From Planctomycetota bacterium (GTDB lineage: Bacteria > Planctomycetota > MHYJ01 > WSZJ01), in the NCBI GenBank assembly GCA_038060895.1, contig JBBTCT010000006.1, positions 60,600 through 124,599 of the forward strand: a stretch of DNA of 64,000 bases. Reading direction: 5' to 3'. The translations under genes were made by a program, and so were the position numbers. How positions within the stretch are numbered: the first letter of the stretch is position 1; each line of letters begins with the position of its first letter. The notes below the pieces were generated by a model, which saw only the letters and a program-made list of their open reading frames with translations, had not been told where the DNA came from and made no database searches. This document shows, piece by piece, positions 8,729 to 17,477 of this stretch.

Positions 8729-10288
8729 CTAGGCCTTCTTCGCCGGATCCACCGGCTTCGCGTCAACAACCTTGGCCTGACCGCTCAGTCCGGGCACCCG
8801 CTTGATCAGTTCCTTCAGGTCCACGCCCGACAGGCTTTCGATCAGCGGCGGAAGCTGTGCGACGACGTTGATGACGTCCTGCGTCACCTTGCTCGCGCCC
8901 AGCCCGTCGCCTCCCGTCGAGATGATCGTGATCTTGTCGGTCTTGCTGAGCGGCTCGGCTACCGCGCGGACGACCTCGGGGAGCTTCTCGATCAGCATCT
9001 GCATCACGGCCGCCTCGTTGTACTTCGACCAGGCCTCGGCCTTGCGCTGCATGGCCTGCGCTTCGGCTTCGCCTTTCGCCTTGATGACCTCGGCTTCCGC
9101 AAGACCCTTGGCGCGTTCGACCTCGGCCAGGGCAAGACCCGTCGCCTTCTGGACTTCCGCCGCCGCGAGACCTTTCGCCTTCTCCGCGTCGGCCATGCCG
9201 AACCCCAGGCTCTTCTGGGCCTCGGCCTGTCCTTTTGCCTCCGTCATCAGCTTGTACTGCGTGCCTTCGGCGATCGTGCGGATCCGGTACTGCTCGGCGT
9301 CCGCGGGCTTGCGGATCGTCGCTTCCAGCTCCTTCTCCCGCCTCGCGATTTCCTTGCCTTGCAGGTCGATCATCCGCTCCTTCTCGACGAGCATGACCTG
9401 CAGCTCCTGCTCCTTCACGAGCTGCGCGGTCTTGAACTTCTGAAGGTCGTACGCCAGGTCGCTTTCGGCTTTCTTCTGGTTCACGGCCGCGGCGAAGTCG
9501 GCCTGCTTCATCTGCAGGTCGCGCTGCGCCTCGCTGATCTTCGCGTCCGCTCCCAGCTTGACCTCCGCCCCGGCCTGGTTGGCGAGCGCCGACTTCTGCG
9601 TCGCCTCGCTGTCCGCCTGCGACTGCGCGATGATCGCGTCACGACGGACCTGCGCGATCCGCGGCTTGCCCAGGGCCTCGAGGTACCCCTGGTTGTCACG
9701 GATGTCCCGCAGCGTGAAGCTGATGATCTCCAGGCCCATGAGCAGCAGGTCCGTCGCCGCCACCTGCTGCACTTCCTGCGCGAACTTGTCCCGGTTCTTG
9801 TAGATCTCTTCGACCGTCAACGTGCCGACGATCGCCCGCAAGTGCCCTTCCAGCGTCTGAAGCGCAACCTCCATCATCTCCGCCCGCGTCTTCGACAGAA
9901 ACTGCTCCGCCGCCGTCGCGATCGAGGTCTCGTCGCTCTTCACCTTCACCTGCGCCACGCCGTCCACCATCACGGGCACGCCCGTCGAGGTGTAGATTTC
10001 CGGCGTCTTCACGTCGATCGTCATCATTTCCAGCGAAATCCGCTGCGCCTCTTCGAACACAGGCCACACGAACGTCGCGCCGCCCTTCACGATCCGGAAC
10101 CCGATCGAGCGCGCTCCCTGCGCCGTCTGCATCGTCCGCTGGCGGCCCGAGATGATGAGCGCTTCGTTCGGCCCCACCTTCACGTACCGGCTCGCGAAGA
10201 TCGCGAACCCCAGGAAAAAGACGACGACAAGCACCCCGCCCGCGATGAGGGCGTTGGGTGGAAGAGCTGCCAGCAACTGGATGGTCAT
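8729..10288 (-). CDS. Flotillin (SPFH/FloT-YuaG family)
   Basis: N-terminal TM helix, SPFH domain (VDGVAQVKV..TAAEQFL..LEGHLRAIVGTLTVEEI), long AEA-rich coiled coil. Confidence 0.95.
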   Translation of the reverse strand: MTIQLLAALPPNALIAGGVLVVVFFLGFAIFASRYVKVGPNEALIISGRQRTMQTAQGARSIGFRIVKGGATFVWPVFEEAQRISLEMMTIDVKTPEIYTSTGVPVMVDGVAQVKVKSDETSIATAAEQFLSKTRAEMMEVALQTLEGHLRAIVGTLTVEEIYKNRDKFAQEVQQVAATDLLLMGLEIISFTLRDIRDNQGYLEALGKPRIAQVRRDAIIAQSQADSEATQKSALANQAGAEVKLGADAKISEAQRDLQMKQADFAAAVNQKKAESDLAYDLQKFKTAQLVKEQELQVMLVEKERMIDLQGKEIARREKELEATIRKPADAEQYRIRTIAEGTQYKLMTEAKGQAEAQKSLGFGMADAEKAKGLAAAEVQKATGLALAEVERAKGLAEAEVIKAKGEAEAQAMQRKAEAWSKYNEAAVMQMLIEKLPEVVRAVAEPLSKTDKITIISTGGDGLGASKVTQDVINVVAQLPPLIESLSGVDLKELIKRVPGLSGQAKVVDAKPVDPAKKA

Positions 10289-10348
10289 GTCATTCCCTCC
10301 GATTGTGCGCCGTAGTTTTTGAGAAGCGCGCCCTGAGCCGCGCTTCGT

Positions 10349-10918
10349 TTATTTGGCGACGACGATGAAGACCTGCCCGTCCCGTTCGCGGATGACGACG
10401 GTCGTGCCCTGCGGGATTTCGGAGCCGGACATCGCCCTGGCCGGGGCCGAGAAGCGGCTCCCGGCGACTTCGTAGGAGATCTTCCCGGTACCACCGGCAG
10501 GAATCGTGATCGCGATCTGCGCCTCGATCCCGAGGATTTCGCTTTCGCGCGCGTGGCTCGTGGCGATGGTCTTCTTGAAGATGAACGCCATGGCCGAAGC
10601 GATCAGGGCGGCGAAGACGACGCCGCTGACGGCCGCGATGGCGAGGCTGAACGCCGGGTGGCGGTCCTTGAGGACTTCCTGCCCGATCATCCCGCCGGCA
10701 CCGAACGCGGTGAGAAAGATGGCGATGGCGATGGGGGAGAAGAGCGGGAAATGGAGGGAGTGGTCGCCGGAGTCGTGGCCGCCATCGCCACCGTGGCCCG
10801 TGTCGTGGCCGCCGTCGTGTCCTCCTCCGACGTGGCCGAGGAAGAACGCGATCACGGTGTAGCCCGTGCCGACGGTGAGGCTGAAAGTGTAAGCCCAGCT
10901 CAGCCAGGACCAGTTCAT
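10349..10918 (-). CDS. NfeD-like (YuaF) flotillin partner with His/Gly-rich loop
   Basis: Three TM helices, GGHDGGHDTGHGG loop, C-terminal OB-fold; directly upstream of flotillin; AGGGGTG RBS. Confidence 0.88.
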   Translation of the reverse strand: MNWSWLSWAYTFSLTVGTGYTVIAFFLGHVGGGHDGGHDTGHGGDGGHDSGDHSLHFPLFSPIAIAIFLTAFGAGGMIGQEVLKDRHPAFSLAIAAVSGVVFAALIASAMAFIFKKTIATSHARESEILGIEAQIAITIPAGGTGKISYEVAGSRFSAPARAMSGSEIPQGTTVVIRERDGQVFIVVAK

Positions 10919-10998
10919 GATCACCCCTTTCACCCCGTCAAGGCCCCGCCGAGGCGCGAAGCGCGCTGGCGCGGGCGAAGGCAGGAGGACTTCACAAC

Positions 10999-11014
10999 CT
11001 CAATTCGCGTGCCG
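10999..11014 (-). promoter_or_regulatory. Possible variant sigma54 promoter for nfeD-flotillin
   Basis: CGGCAC-GCGAA-TTGAG (GG-N10-GA, imperfect -12). Confidence 0.4.
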
Positions 11015-11090
11015 ACGCGGGAAGCGAGGGAGAGGGGTCATTGAAGCGTGGGGCGTTTGGGGCTGCACGCATTGCGTGATGCCCTGCACG

Positions 11091-11276
11091 TCATCGGCGG
11101 AAGCGCCGGAACGGCGATCGGGAGGGAATGTTCCCGGAAGGGCTGCGCACGGCGCGGATGATCCAGACGACGAGGACGATCGCGCCCAGGATGGCGAGCT
11201 CGGCGGGGGAAGAGCGGCGATGACTGCGGAAGAGGCGGGCGGGAGGAACGGCGGCGAACGAAGTGAACGTCTCGAT
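11091..11276 (-). CDS. Small single-TM peptide (61 aa) with apparent non-canonical ATC start
   Basis: AGGAGG followed 8 nt later by ATC; LAILGAIVLVVWII helix followed by Arg-rich tail. Confidence 0.45.
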   Translation of the reverse strand: METFTSFAAVPPARLFRSHRRSSPAELAILGAIVLVVWIIRAVRSPSGNIPSRSPFRRFRR

Positions 11277-11290
11277 GAGTCGAGCCTCCT

Positions 11291-11431
11291 GAAAGGGGCG
11301 GGGCGCGCTCACGTGAAGCGCGCCCCGCGGAAAACCTCGAGGGCCGGGGGAGCGAGACTGGGGGGAGTCGCGCTCGGGTAATGGGGAGGGGTGAACCCCG
11401 GCCCCCCCAAAGATGCGGTTGTCAAACGGCG
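11291..11431 (-). ncRNA. Putative sigma54-dependent structured sRNA/leader with C-rich loops
   Basis: Stem 11341-11349/11396-11404, inner hairpin with C6 loop, UUCACCCCUCCCCAUUACCC single-stranded motif, perfect 12-bp hairpin 11298-11328 followed by CCCUUUC. Confidence 0.55.
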
Positions 11432-11442
11432 GATGGAGAAAT

Positions 11443-11458
11443 CGCAATTTTGGTGCCG
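11443..11458 (-). promoter_or_regulatory. sigma54 -24/-12 promoter
   Basis: CGGCAC-CAAAA-TTGCG on the minus strand. Confidence 0.7.
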
Positions 11459-11536
11459 CGCGCGATCGGCCCTTTGCGCGCGTCTCGCAGGGCAGGCGCG
11501 TGCACGACGGGCCGCCTGGCGTGCACGGCGGCACGC

Positions 11537-11767
11537 CTATCCGAGGGAGCTCAGGACAATGAACAGGAAGTCCGGGAGGCCGCTGGCGAGCTGGCCGAAG
11601 ACGACAAGGCAGTTCCCGACCGCCGACAGAGCGGGGTGGACCGGACCCCCGGATTTCGGCGCGCCCACCGGAAGCTCGACCAGCCCGAGTTCGTCCTCGT
11701 GCGGCTCCAGGGGGCTTCGGCGGGCTTCGCCCGCCCCCCGTACATTCCCGCCCTTGCTCCGTACCAT
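11537..11767 (-). CDS. Possible small hypothetical protein
   Basis: 76 aa, GC3-rich codons in the 3' half, hydrophobic C-terminus; divergent -10 boxes near 11797-11804. Confidence 0.35.
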   Translation of the reverse strand: MVRSKGGNVRGAGEARRSPLEPHEDELGLVELPVGAPKSGGPVHPALSAVGNCLVVFGQLASGLPDFLFIVLSSLG

Positions 11768-11840
11768 TCCGCGCGAATCTGCGGCGCCCGGGCGGTGTTA
11801 TAGTTGCGCTTCTCCCAGGGGGACCCGGAGACTCTTCAAC

Positions 11841-13322
11841 ATGACCTGCCGCACGCGGCTTCTGGCTGCGATCGCCCTTGCCGTCGCCCTCCCCGCCCCT
11901 GCGCTCGAATTCACTTCCCAGGAAGAAATCGACGCGGTGCTGGCGCAGGACCTCAATGGCGACGGGAAGAAGGAGCTGATTTGGCAGGCGGGGCGGACGC
12001 TCACGATCCTGTTCTACAAGGAGCCGCGCGGTTATTCGTTCAGGGAGGAGACCAAGGCCGAGTTCCAGCTTCCTCCCGGCGCCGCGGCGTATGCTTTTGG
12101 CGACGTGGACGGCAAGCCGGGCGCCGAACTTCTCGCGTTGACCGGCGCGGGCGTCCTCGCGTGGCGCTTCCAGGGAAACCAGGTCGTCGAGCCCTCGCTC
12201 GAACCGCTGGCGGTTGCGACCGCCTTCGAAGGCACGACCCTGGACAAGCCGCGGCCGCGCGACTTCGTGCGGGACCTGGACGGCGACGGCGACCTCGACC
12301 TGATCGTGCCGCGCAAGGGCTTCCTCGCCTTCTACGCGCAGGCCGCGCCGGGAGAATTCGAACTGTCACAGAAGGTGCCGGTGGACATGGAAGCGACGAT
12401 CGCGATGGGCGGCGGCGCGTTCGAGAATCGCCTGGTGCGCGCGGTGTCGTTCCCGCAGTTCTGGCTTTCGGACTTTGACGCGGACGGGAAGTCCGATCTC
12501 ATGTATTTCGACGGCGCCATGCTCCGTGTGCACGGCCGCAACGCGGAAGGACTGTTCTCGTCGGCACCGACGCGGGCGTTCGATTTCAACAGGTTCGTGA
12601 AACGGCGCCGGAAGCGGCGCGACCTGTTCGATTTTTACCGGGAAGTTTCCCCGGAGATTGCGGATGTGGACGGCGACAAGCGGGCGGACGTGGCGATCAT
12701 GCTTCCAGGAAAGGGAAAAGTCGGCGTGTTCCGCGCCGCGGGGGCAAAGCCTTACACCGAAGGATCGGTCGTCGTGCTGACCGGATGGACTTTCCGGCGC
12801 GAAGGGATCCCGATGATGCGCGACCTGAACCGGGACGGGCGGCCGGATCTCGTGCTGCTCAACATCCCCCAGCTCGGCTTCTGGGACATCCTCGAAATCT
12901 TTTTCTCGAGGAAGCTCGAGGTAAAGACGTACTTCTACCTCGCCCGTGCCGACGGGACCTACCCGGAGGCCGATGGCGAATTCGCCGTCACGGTCCCGCT
13001 CATCCTCTCCGTCACCCGCGAATCGCAGCGCATCGAGACTCCCTTCATGATGTCCTTCGGCGACCTCAACGGCGATGGTCTCGACGACCTGATCACGAAA
13101 GAGAAGGACGACCGCCTCGACGTGAGGCTCGGGACAGGCGGGGGCGTTTTCAGCAAGGGCGTCGATCGTTCGATCGAGGTTCGCGATACACGGGGCATGG
13201 CCGCCGAGGCGCCGCTCGTGACGGACCTCAATGGCGATGGCCTTGACGACATCGTTCTCCACCACCAGGATTTCGAGCAGAAGATCTACGTGCTCGAAGT
13301 CATTCGGACGAAAAAGGAATGA
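11841..13322 (+). CDS. Exported FG-GAP/VCBS repeat beta-propeller protein
   Basis: Signal peptide; eight DxN/DGDG-type Ca-binding repeats (DLNGDGKKEL, DLDGDGDLDL, DLNGDGLDDL, etc.); GGAG RBS; TGnTATAGT upstream. Confidence 0.88.
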   Translation: MTCRTRLLAAIALAVALPAPALEFTSQEEIDAVLAQDLNGDGKKELIWQAGRTLTILFYKEPRGYSFREETKAEFQLPPGAAAYAFGDVDGKPGAELLALTGAGVLAWRFQGNQVVEPSLEPLAVATAFEGTTLDKPRPRDFVRDLDGDGDLDLIVPRKGFLAFYAQAAPGEFELSQKVPVDMEATIAMGGGAFENRLVRAVSFPQFWLSDFDADGKSDLMYFDGAMLRVHGRNAEGLFSSAPTRAFDFNRFVKRRRKRRDLFDFYREVSPEIADVDGDKRADVAIMLPGKGKVGVFRAAGAKPYTEGSVVVLTGWTFRREGIPMMRDLNRDGRPDLVLLNIPQLGFWDILEIFFSRKLEVKTYFYLARADGTYPEADGEFAVTVPLILSVTRESQRIETPFMMSFGDLNGDGLDDLITKEKDDRLDVRLGTGGGVFSKGVDRSIEVRDTRGMAAEAPLVTDLNGDGLDDIVLHHQDFEQKIYVLEVIRTKKE

Positions 13323-14326
13323 CCCGCTTCCGCCTCTTTCATGCCGCGGCCCTGGCGGCGGGCGTCGTGGCGGTTCTCGTTTCGCGGCCCCGGGTGGCCA
13401 CGCCGGAAGGACCGCCGGTCAGTGTTCCCTCCGTGCTGAACGGCTGTCAGCTCTGCCATGCGGAGTACGTGAAGGAGTGGGCGGACTCGTACCACGGCAA
13501 GTCGTGGACGGACGAGATGTACATCGCGGCGAAAAACGCGACGCCGAAGGACAAGCAGGCCACCTGCAACCCCTGCCACGCGCCCAATCCCACGCAGGGT
13601 GCCCTCGGGAAGCCGCCGACGCTCCGCTCGAAGAACCAGCACGAGGGCGTCGCGTGCATCGCGTGCCACCAGATTCCCTCCGGCAAGCCCGACGACATCG
13701 GGACCATCGTCGGGCCCCTTCCGGCCGACCAGATGATCAAGGGCCACCTCAACAAGCAGGACAAGACGATGGGAACGGACCCGCGCATCTGCATCTCCTG
13801 CCACGGGACTGACAAGGATCACAACCAGTACGACTCGTGGAAGGGAAGCGTGTACGAGAAGGAGGGGGAGAGTTGCCAGTCGTGTCACATGCCCGAGGTT
13901 CGACGCGCGATCTACGACAAGAAGGGGGCGCTTCCCAAGGACGCGCACAAGCACACGATGCCGGGCGCGCACGATCTCGTGATGGTGAAGAAGGCGGCGC
14001 TCGTGGACGCCTCGGTCGCCGGCGGGAAAGTGAAGGTGACCATCACGAACGACGGCGCGGGGCACAACTTCCCCGGCGGAGGCGAGCGCGAGGTCGTGCT
14101 GGTCGTGACGGTGATCGGCGCCGACGGGAAAGAAGCGGCGAAGTACCGCGAGATCTTCGACCTGAGGACGAAGAACAACCGGATCAAGCCCAAGGAAGCG
14201 CGTGTGCTGGAGTTCGAAGCGAAGGCGTCGGCGGGGACGGTGAAATTGAAGCTGCTGTACAAGCTGGCGCCGGAGCAGGACGAGGCGAAGGCGGTGGTGG
14301 CTGCGGAGAAGGACGTGAAGTTCTAA
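13319..14326 (+). CDS. Periplasmic pentaheme c-type cytochrome (c554/c552-like) with C-terminal beta domain
   Basis: Five CxxCH motifs: CQLCH, CNPCH, CIACH, CISCH, CQSCH; GAGHNFPGG motif; ATGA coupling to the upstream gene. Confidence 0.92.
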   Translation: MTRFRLFHAAALAAGVVAVLVSRPRVATPEGPPVSVPSVLNGCQLCHAEYVKEWADSYHGKSWTDEMYIAAKNATPKDKQATCNPCHAPNPTQGALGKPPTLRSKNQHEGVACIACHQIPSGKPDDIGTIVGPLPADQMIKGHLNKQDKTMGTDPRICISCHGTDKDHNQYDSWKGSVYEKEGESCQSCHMPEVRRAIYDKKGALPKDAHKHTMPGAHDLVMVKKAALVDASVAGGKVKVTITNDGAGHNFPGGGEREVVLVVTVIGADGKEAAKYREIFDLRTKNNRIKPKEARVLEFEAKASAGTVKLKLLYKLAPEQDEAKAVVAAEKDVKF

Positions 14327-14344
14327 GGGCGGTGTTCAACGGCG

Positions 14345-14457
14345 TTGCCACAGAGGGCACAGAGGGCACAGAGAAAAACGAATCTACCTGCGGCACAATG
14401 TGCGGCTGATTTTGCCCGAGTCCTTTTTCTCCGTGACCTCTGTGCCCTCTGTGGCAA
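14345..14457. repeat. REP-like palindromic element (CACAGAGGG nonamer arms)
   Basis: TTGCCACAGAGGGCACAGAGGGCACAGAGAAAAA ... TTTTTCTCCGTGACCTCTGTGCCCTCTGTGGCAA. Confidence 0.85.
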
Positions 14458-14500
14458 AGCCTTTAAGCCGTCGTCGATACGCTGCCCGCAACTTTCAGGA

Positions 14501-15307
14501 ATGTCCTTGCCCGAAACCTCGCCCATTCTCGAGTTGCGCGGCGTTCCGCCTTCACCGCCTCGCCGCATCGTTTCCCTCTACCCGAGCGGGACCGAGACGC
14601 TGTACTCGCTCGGTCTCACGGAACGCGTCGTCGGACGCACTTCATGGTGCCCGCCGTCTCCCGGCGCGGTCGTCATGGGCGGCACGAAGAATCCCGACCT
14701 CGCGGCAATCCGTGCGTCAGCCCCCGACCTCGTCCTCGCCTGCCGCGACGAAAACCGCCGCGAGGACGTCGAGGCGATCTCGGAGTTCGCGCCGGTCGCG
14801 GTCGCGGACCCGCGACGCGTGGCGGACGTTCCCGCGTTCGCGAAGAGGCTCGCGGAAGTCGCTGGCGGCGAACCGGCGAAAGCCGAGGCGCTGGCTTCGC
14901 TGATCGAGGACGAGTCCGCTCGCCTCGCCGCTTCCACGGAGCCGCGCCGGCGCACCGTGGCCTTCATCTGGCGCGGGCCCTGGTGGACGCTCGGCGGGGA
15001 CTGCTACGCGACGGACCTGCTCCGGCTGTGCGGGCTCGACAACGCCTTCGCGGCGGACCGCCGGACGTACTTCACTCTCGACGGATCCGAAATCGCCGCC
15101 GCCCGCCCCGACGTCCTCCTCTTCCCCAACGAACCCTTCCCCTTCAACGAGTTCCACGTCGCCGCACTGCGCTCCGAAATCCCCGCACTCCGCGAAATCC
15201 CCGCGCGCCTCTTCGACGGCTCACTGCTCACGTGGCACGGCGCCCGCACCCTCGAAGCGCTTCGACGGCTGCCCGGGTTGCTCCGGTCCCCCGTGGAAAT
15301 CCGGTAG
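14501..15307 (+). CDS. Helical-backbone (BtuF/TroA-like) substrate-binding protein lacking an obvious signal peptide
   Basis: RRIVSLYPSGTETL, GGTKNPD, ENRREDV, EPFPF, FDGSLLTWHG motifs. Confidence 0.85.
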   Translation: MSLPETSPILELRGVPPSPPRRIVSLYPSGTETLYSLGLTERVVGRTSWCPPSPGAVVMGGTKNPDLAAIRASAPDLVLACRDENRREDVEAISEFAPVAVADPRRVADVPAFAKRLAEVAGGEPAKAEALASLIEDESARLAASTEPRRRTVAFIWRGPWWTLGGDCYATDLLRLCGLDNAFAADRRTYFTLDGSEIAAARPDVLLFPNEPFPFNEFHVAALRSEIPALREIPARLFDGSLLTWHGARTLEALRRLPGLLRSPVEIR

Positions 15308-15316
15308 CATCCGGAA

Positions 15317-16600
15317 GTGATCCGCTCCGCTTCCACCCGCCTCGTCGCCGCGTTCCTCACGCTGTTCGCCGCGACGTCCGCTCTCCTCCTGTGGGGCGCG
15401 GCCACGCAGGCGCGGCGGATGGCGGAAGAGCGGGCGCTGGGGCAGGCGCAGACGGTGGGGGGGATCATGCTGCAGGGCAATCTCTACGGGCCCGAGATGC
15501 TGGCACGCGTGAAGCCGGTCGTGGATGCGGACGTGGTGCAGGTGTTTGCGGGAAGCGTTCGCGGATCCACGCTGCCGCGCGAAGAGACCGAGGCCGTCGC
15601 GAAGGCCGCGCGCACCGGGACGCCGTTCGCGCCGGCGGGGCGGTTCCGCGTCGTCGCGGTCACGGAGAAGGACACGACGCTGGCCTTTGCGTACGACTCG
15701 GAATCGCTCGAGGCCGCGAAGTCGGAGGCGGTGCGCCCGCTCTGGTGGCTTGCGGGAGGTGCGGCGCTCAGCGTCGTCGTGCTCGGCTTCTGGCTCGGCG
15801 CGGCGCTTCTCCGGCCGGTCGGCGTGCTCGTTGCAGGCGCGCGGCGGGTCGAGAAGGGCGACTTCGGCGTCGACGTTCCGTCTTCCGGTTCGGACGAATT
15901 CGCCGCGCTGGCTTCCGCGTTCAACGCGATGCAGACGGCTCTGCGAAAACAACGCGAGGACGAGAGATGGGCGGCCGCGGGCCGCGTCGCGGCAGGCATC
16001 GCGCACGACCTGCGCAATCCGCTGGCGGGCGTGCTCATGATGGCGCAGATGCTGGAAAGGGACGAAGCGGAAGCGCGGCGCAAGGAAGTGCTGGCACGGA
16101 TCGTCACGGAGGTGAAGCGCCTCGAGGCCTCGATCGGGGAGCTGATGGCGCTCGCGGCGCCGGAACCGCCGAAAAAGGAGCGCGTCGATCTGCCCGCAGT
16201 CGTGAAGGAGTCGCTGGAGCTCTTCAGGCCCCGCGCGGAACATCGCGGCGTCGTGCTCGAGGCGCGGGGAGGCGGCGAGGTCCTGTTCACAGGCGACTCC
16301 GGGCGCGTCCGGCGGATCGTCGACAATCTTGTCGCCAACGCGCTCGAAGCGACGCCGGCGGGCGGGCGCGTGACGGTTGCCACGTCCGCGAAGGACGGGA
16401 AGGCGGAACTGCGCGTCGAGGACACGGGCGGCGGCATACCGGACGCGGTGAAGCAGAAACTTTTTGACGCGTTCAACAGCGACAAGCCGGGCGGAACGGG
16501 CCTCGGGCTGGCGACGGTGAAACGGCTCGCCGAAGAAATGGGCGGGACCATCGCCGTCGAGAGCGGGGTGGGAGGGACGGCGTTCGTGGTGAGATTCTGA
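15317..16600 (+). CDS. Membrane sensor histidine kinase (HAMP, HisKA, HATPase_c)
   Basis: Two TM helices, HAMP, AGIAHDLRNPL H-box, NLVANALEA, DTGGGI, GTGLGLA. Confidence 0.95.
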   Translation: MIRSASTRLVAAFLTLFAATSALLLWGAATQARRMAEERALGQAQTVGGIMLQGNLYGPEMLARVKPVVDADVVQVFAGSVRGSTLPREETEAVAKAARTGTPFAPAGRFRVVAVTEKDTTLAFAYDSESLEAAKSEAVRPLWWLAGGAALSVVVLGFWLGAALLRPVGVLVAGARRVEKGDFGVDVPSSGSDEFAALASAFNAMQTALRKQREDERWAAAGRVAAGIAHDLRNPLAGVLMMAQMLERDEAEARRKEVLARIVTEVKRLEASIGELMALAAPEPPKKERVDLPAVVKESLELFRPRAEHRGVVLEARGGGEVLFTGDSGRVRRIVDNLVANALEATPAGGRVTVATSAKDGKAELRVEDTGGGIPDAVKQKLFDAFNSDKPGGTGLGLATVKRLAEEMGGTIAVESGVGGTAFVVRF

Positions 16601-16606
16601 AGCGGG

Positions 16607-17377
16607 ATGCGCCTCTCCCACGACGACCTCGATGGTGAGCTTGTCCGCTCGCGCGGGCGCGTCCTCGACCTCTCCCACTTCGACAAGGTAGACCTCTCCG
16701 CTGCCGCCGTGCTTCTCGTTCACCTCTCGACGGGCGGACACTGGACCGAGCCGCGCGCCCTCGTGACGCGAAGCTGGCTCCGCCGCGTCGGATTCTCCGC
16801 CGCGCTCGCCGGCGAGCCGCCGCCTCCCGAGGGCGACTCCGACGCGCTGCTCGTGTTCACGCGCATCGAAACCGACGCCGACGTCGCCGCCCTCCTCGAC
16901 CGGGTCCACAAGCGCGCCCCACGGTTCCTCGGCGAACACCTCGGCTTCACCGCGCTCGAGTCCGCCCACTTCACGATCCTCCTCGCCGAGCTCTGCCACA
17001 ACATCCCCGAGCATGCCTGCGGCCCCGGCTGGATCGCCGCCCACCGGTACCGCTTCCAGGGACGGAACATCCTCAAGATCGCCGTCGCCGACGCGGGGCG
17101 CGGGCTGCGCGCTTCCTACGGCGACCGCTACCCCTCGGACCTCGACGCCATCCGCGCCGCCTTCGAGGAGCACCGCTCGCGCCACGACGACCCGGGCCGC
17201 GGCCACGGCGTCCGGCAGGTCGTCAAGACCGCGCGCGGATTCGGCGCGAAGATCACGGTGAGGAGCGGGGAAGCGAAGAAGGCGCACGTCCCCGAGGGGA
17301 TGCTGGGGTGGAGCAGCGTGAGCGGGCTGGAGCGCGTCGCAGGGACGCAGGTGCTGATAGCAGTGCCGGGGCGGTGA
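16607..17377 (+). CDS. STAS-like plus HATPase_c (anti-sigma kinase-like) protein
   Basis: N-terminal VLDLSHFDKVD STAS-like segment; ELCHNIPEHA N-box, IAVADAGRGL, GRGHGV G-boxes. Confidence 0.75.
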   Translation: MRLSHDDLDGELVRSRGRVLDLSHFDKVDLSAAAVLLVHLSTGGHWTEPRALVTRSWLRRVGFSAALAGEPPPPEGDSDALLVFTRIETDADVAALLDRVHKRAPRFLGEHLGFTALESAHFTILLAELCHNIPEHACGPGWIAAHRYRFQGRNILKIAVADAGRGLRASYGDRYPSDLDAIRAAFEEHRSRHDDPGRGHGVRQVVKTARGFGAKITVRSGEAKKAHVPEGMLGWSSVSGLERVAGTQVLIAVPGR

Positions 17378-17477
17378 GCGCAGAAGCGTCCGCCGTCGAT
17401 TGCCGCGAAGACCGAGGCGCGAAAGCGTAGAGTGATGGCCGGCGTGCCGGTCGTGCGGTTGTCTGGAGGGATCATCC

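Noticed and set aside
14327-14500. Cobalamin riboswitch upstream of the BtuF-like gene
   Set aside because: No B12-box (GGGAA..GCCACTG) architecture; the region is explained by the REP-like palindrome
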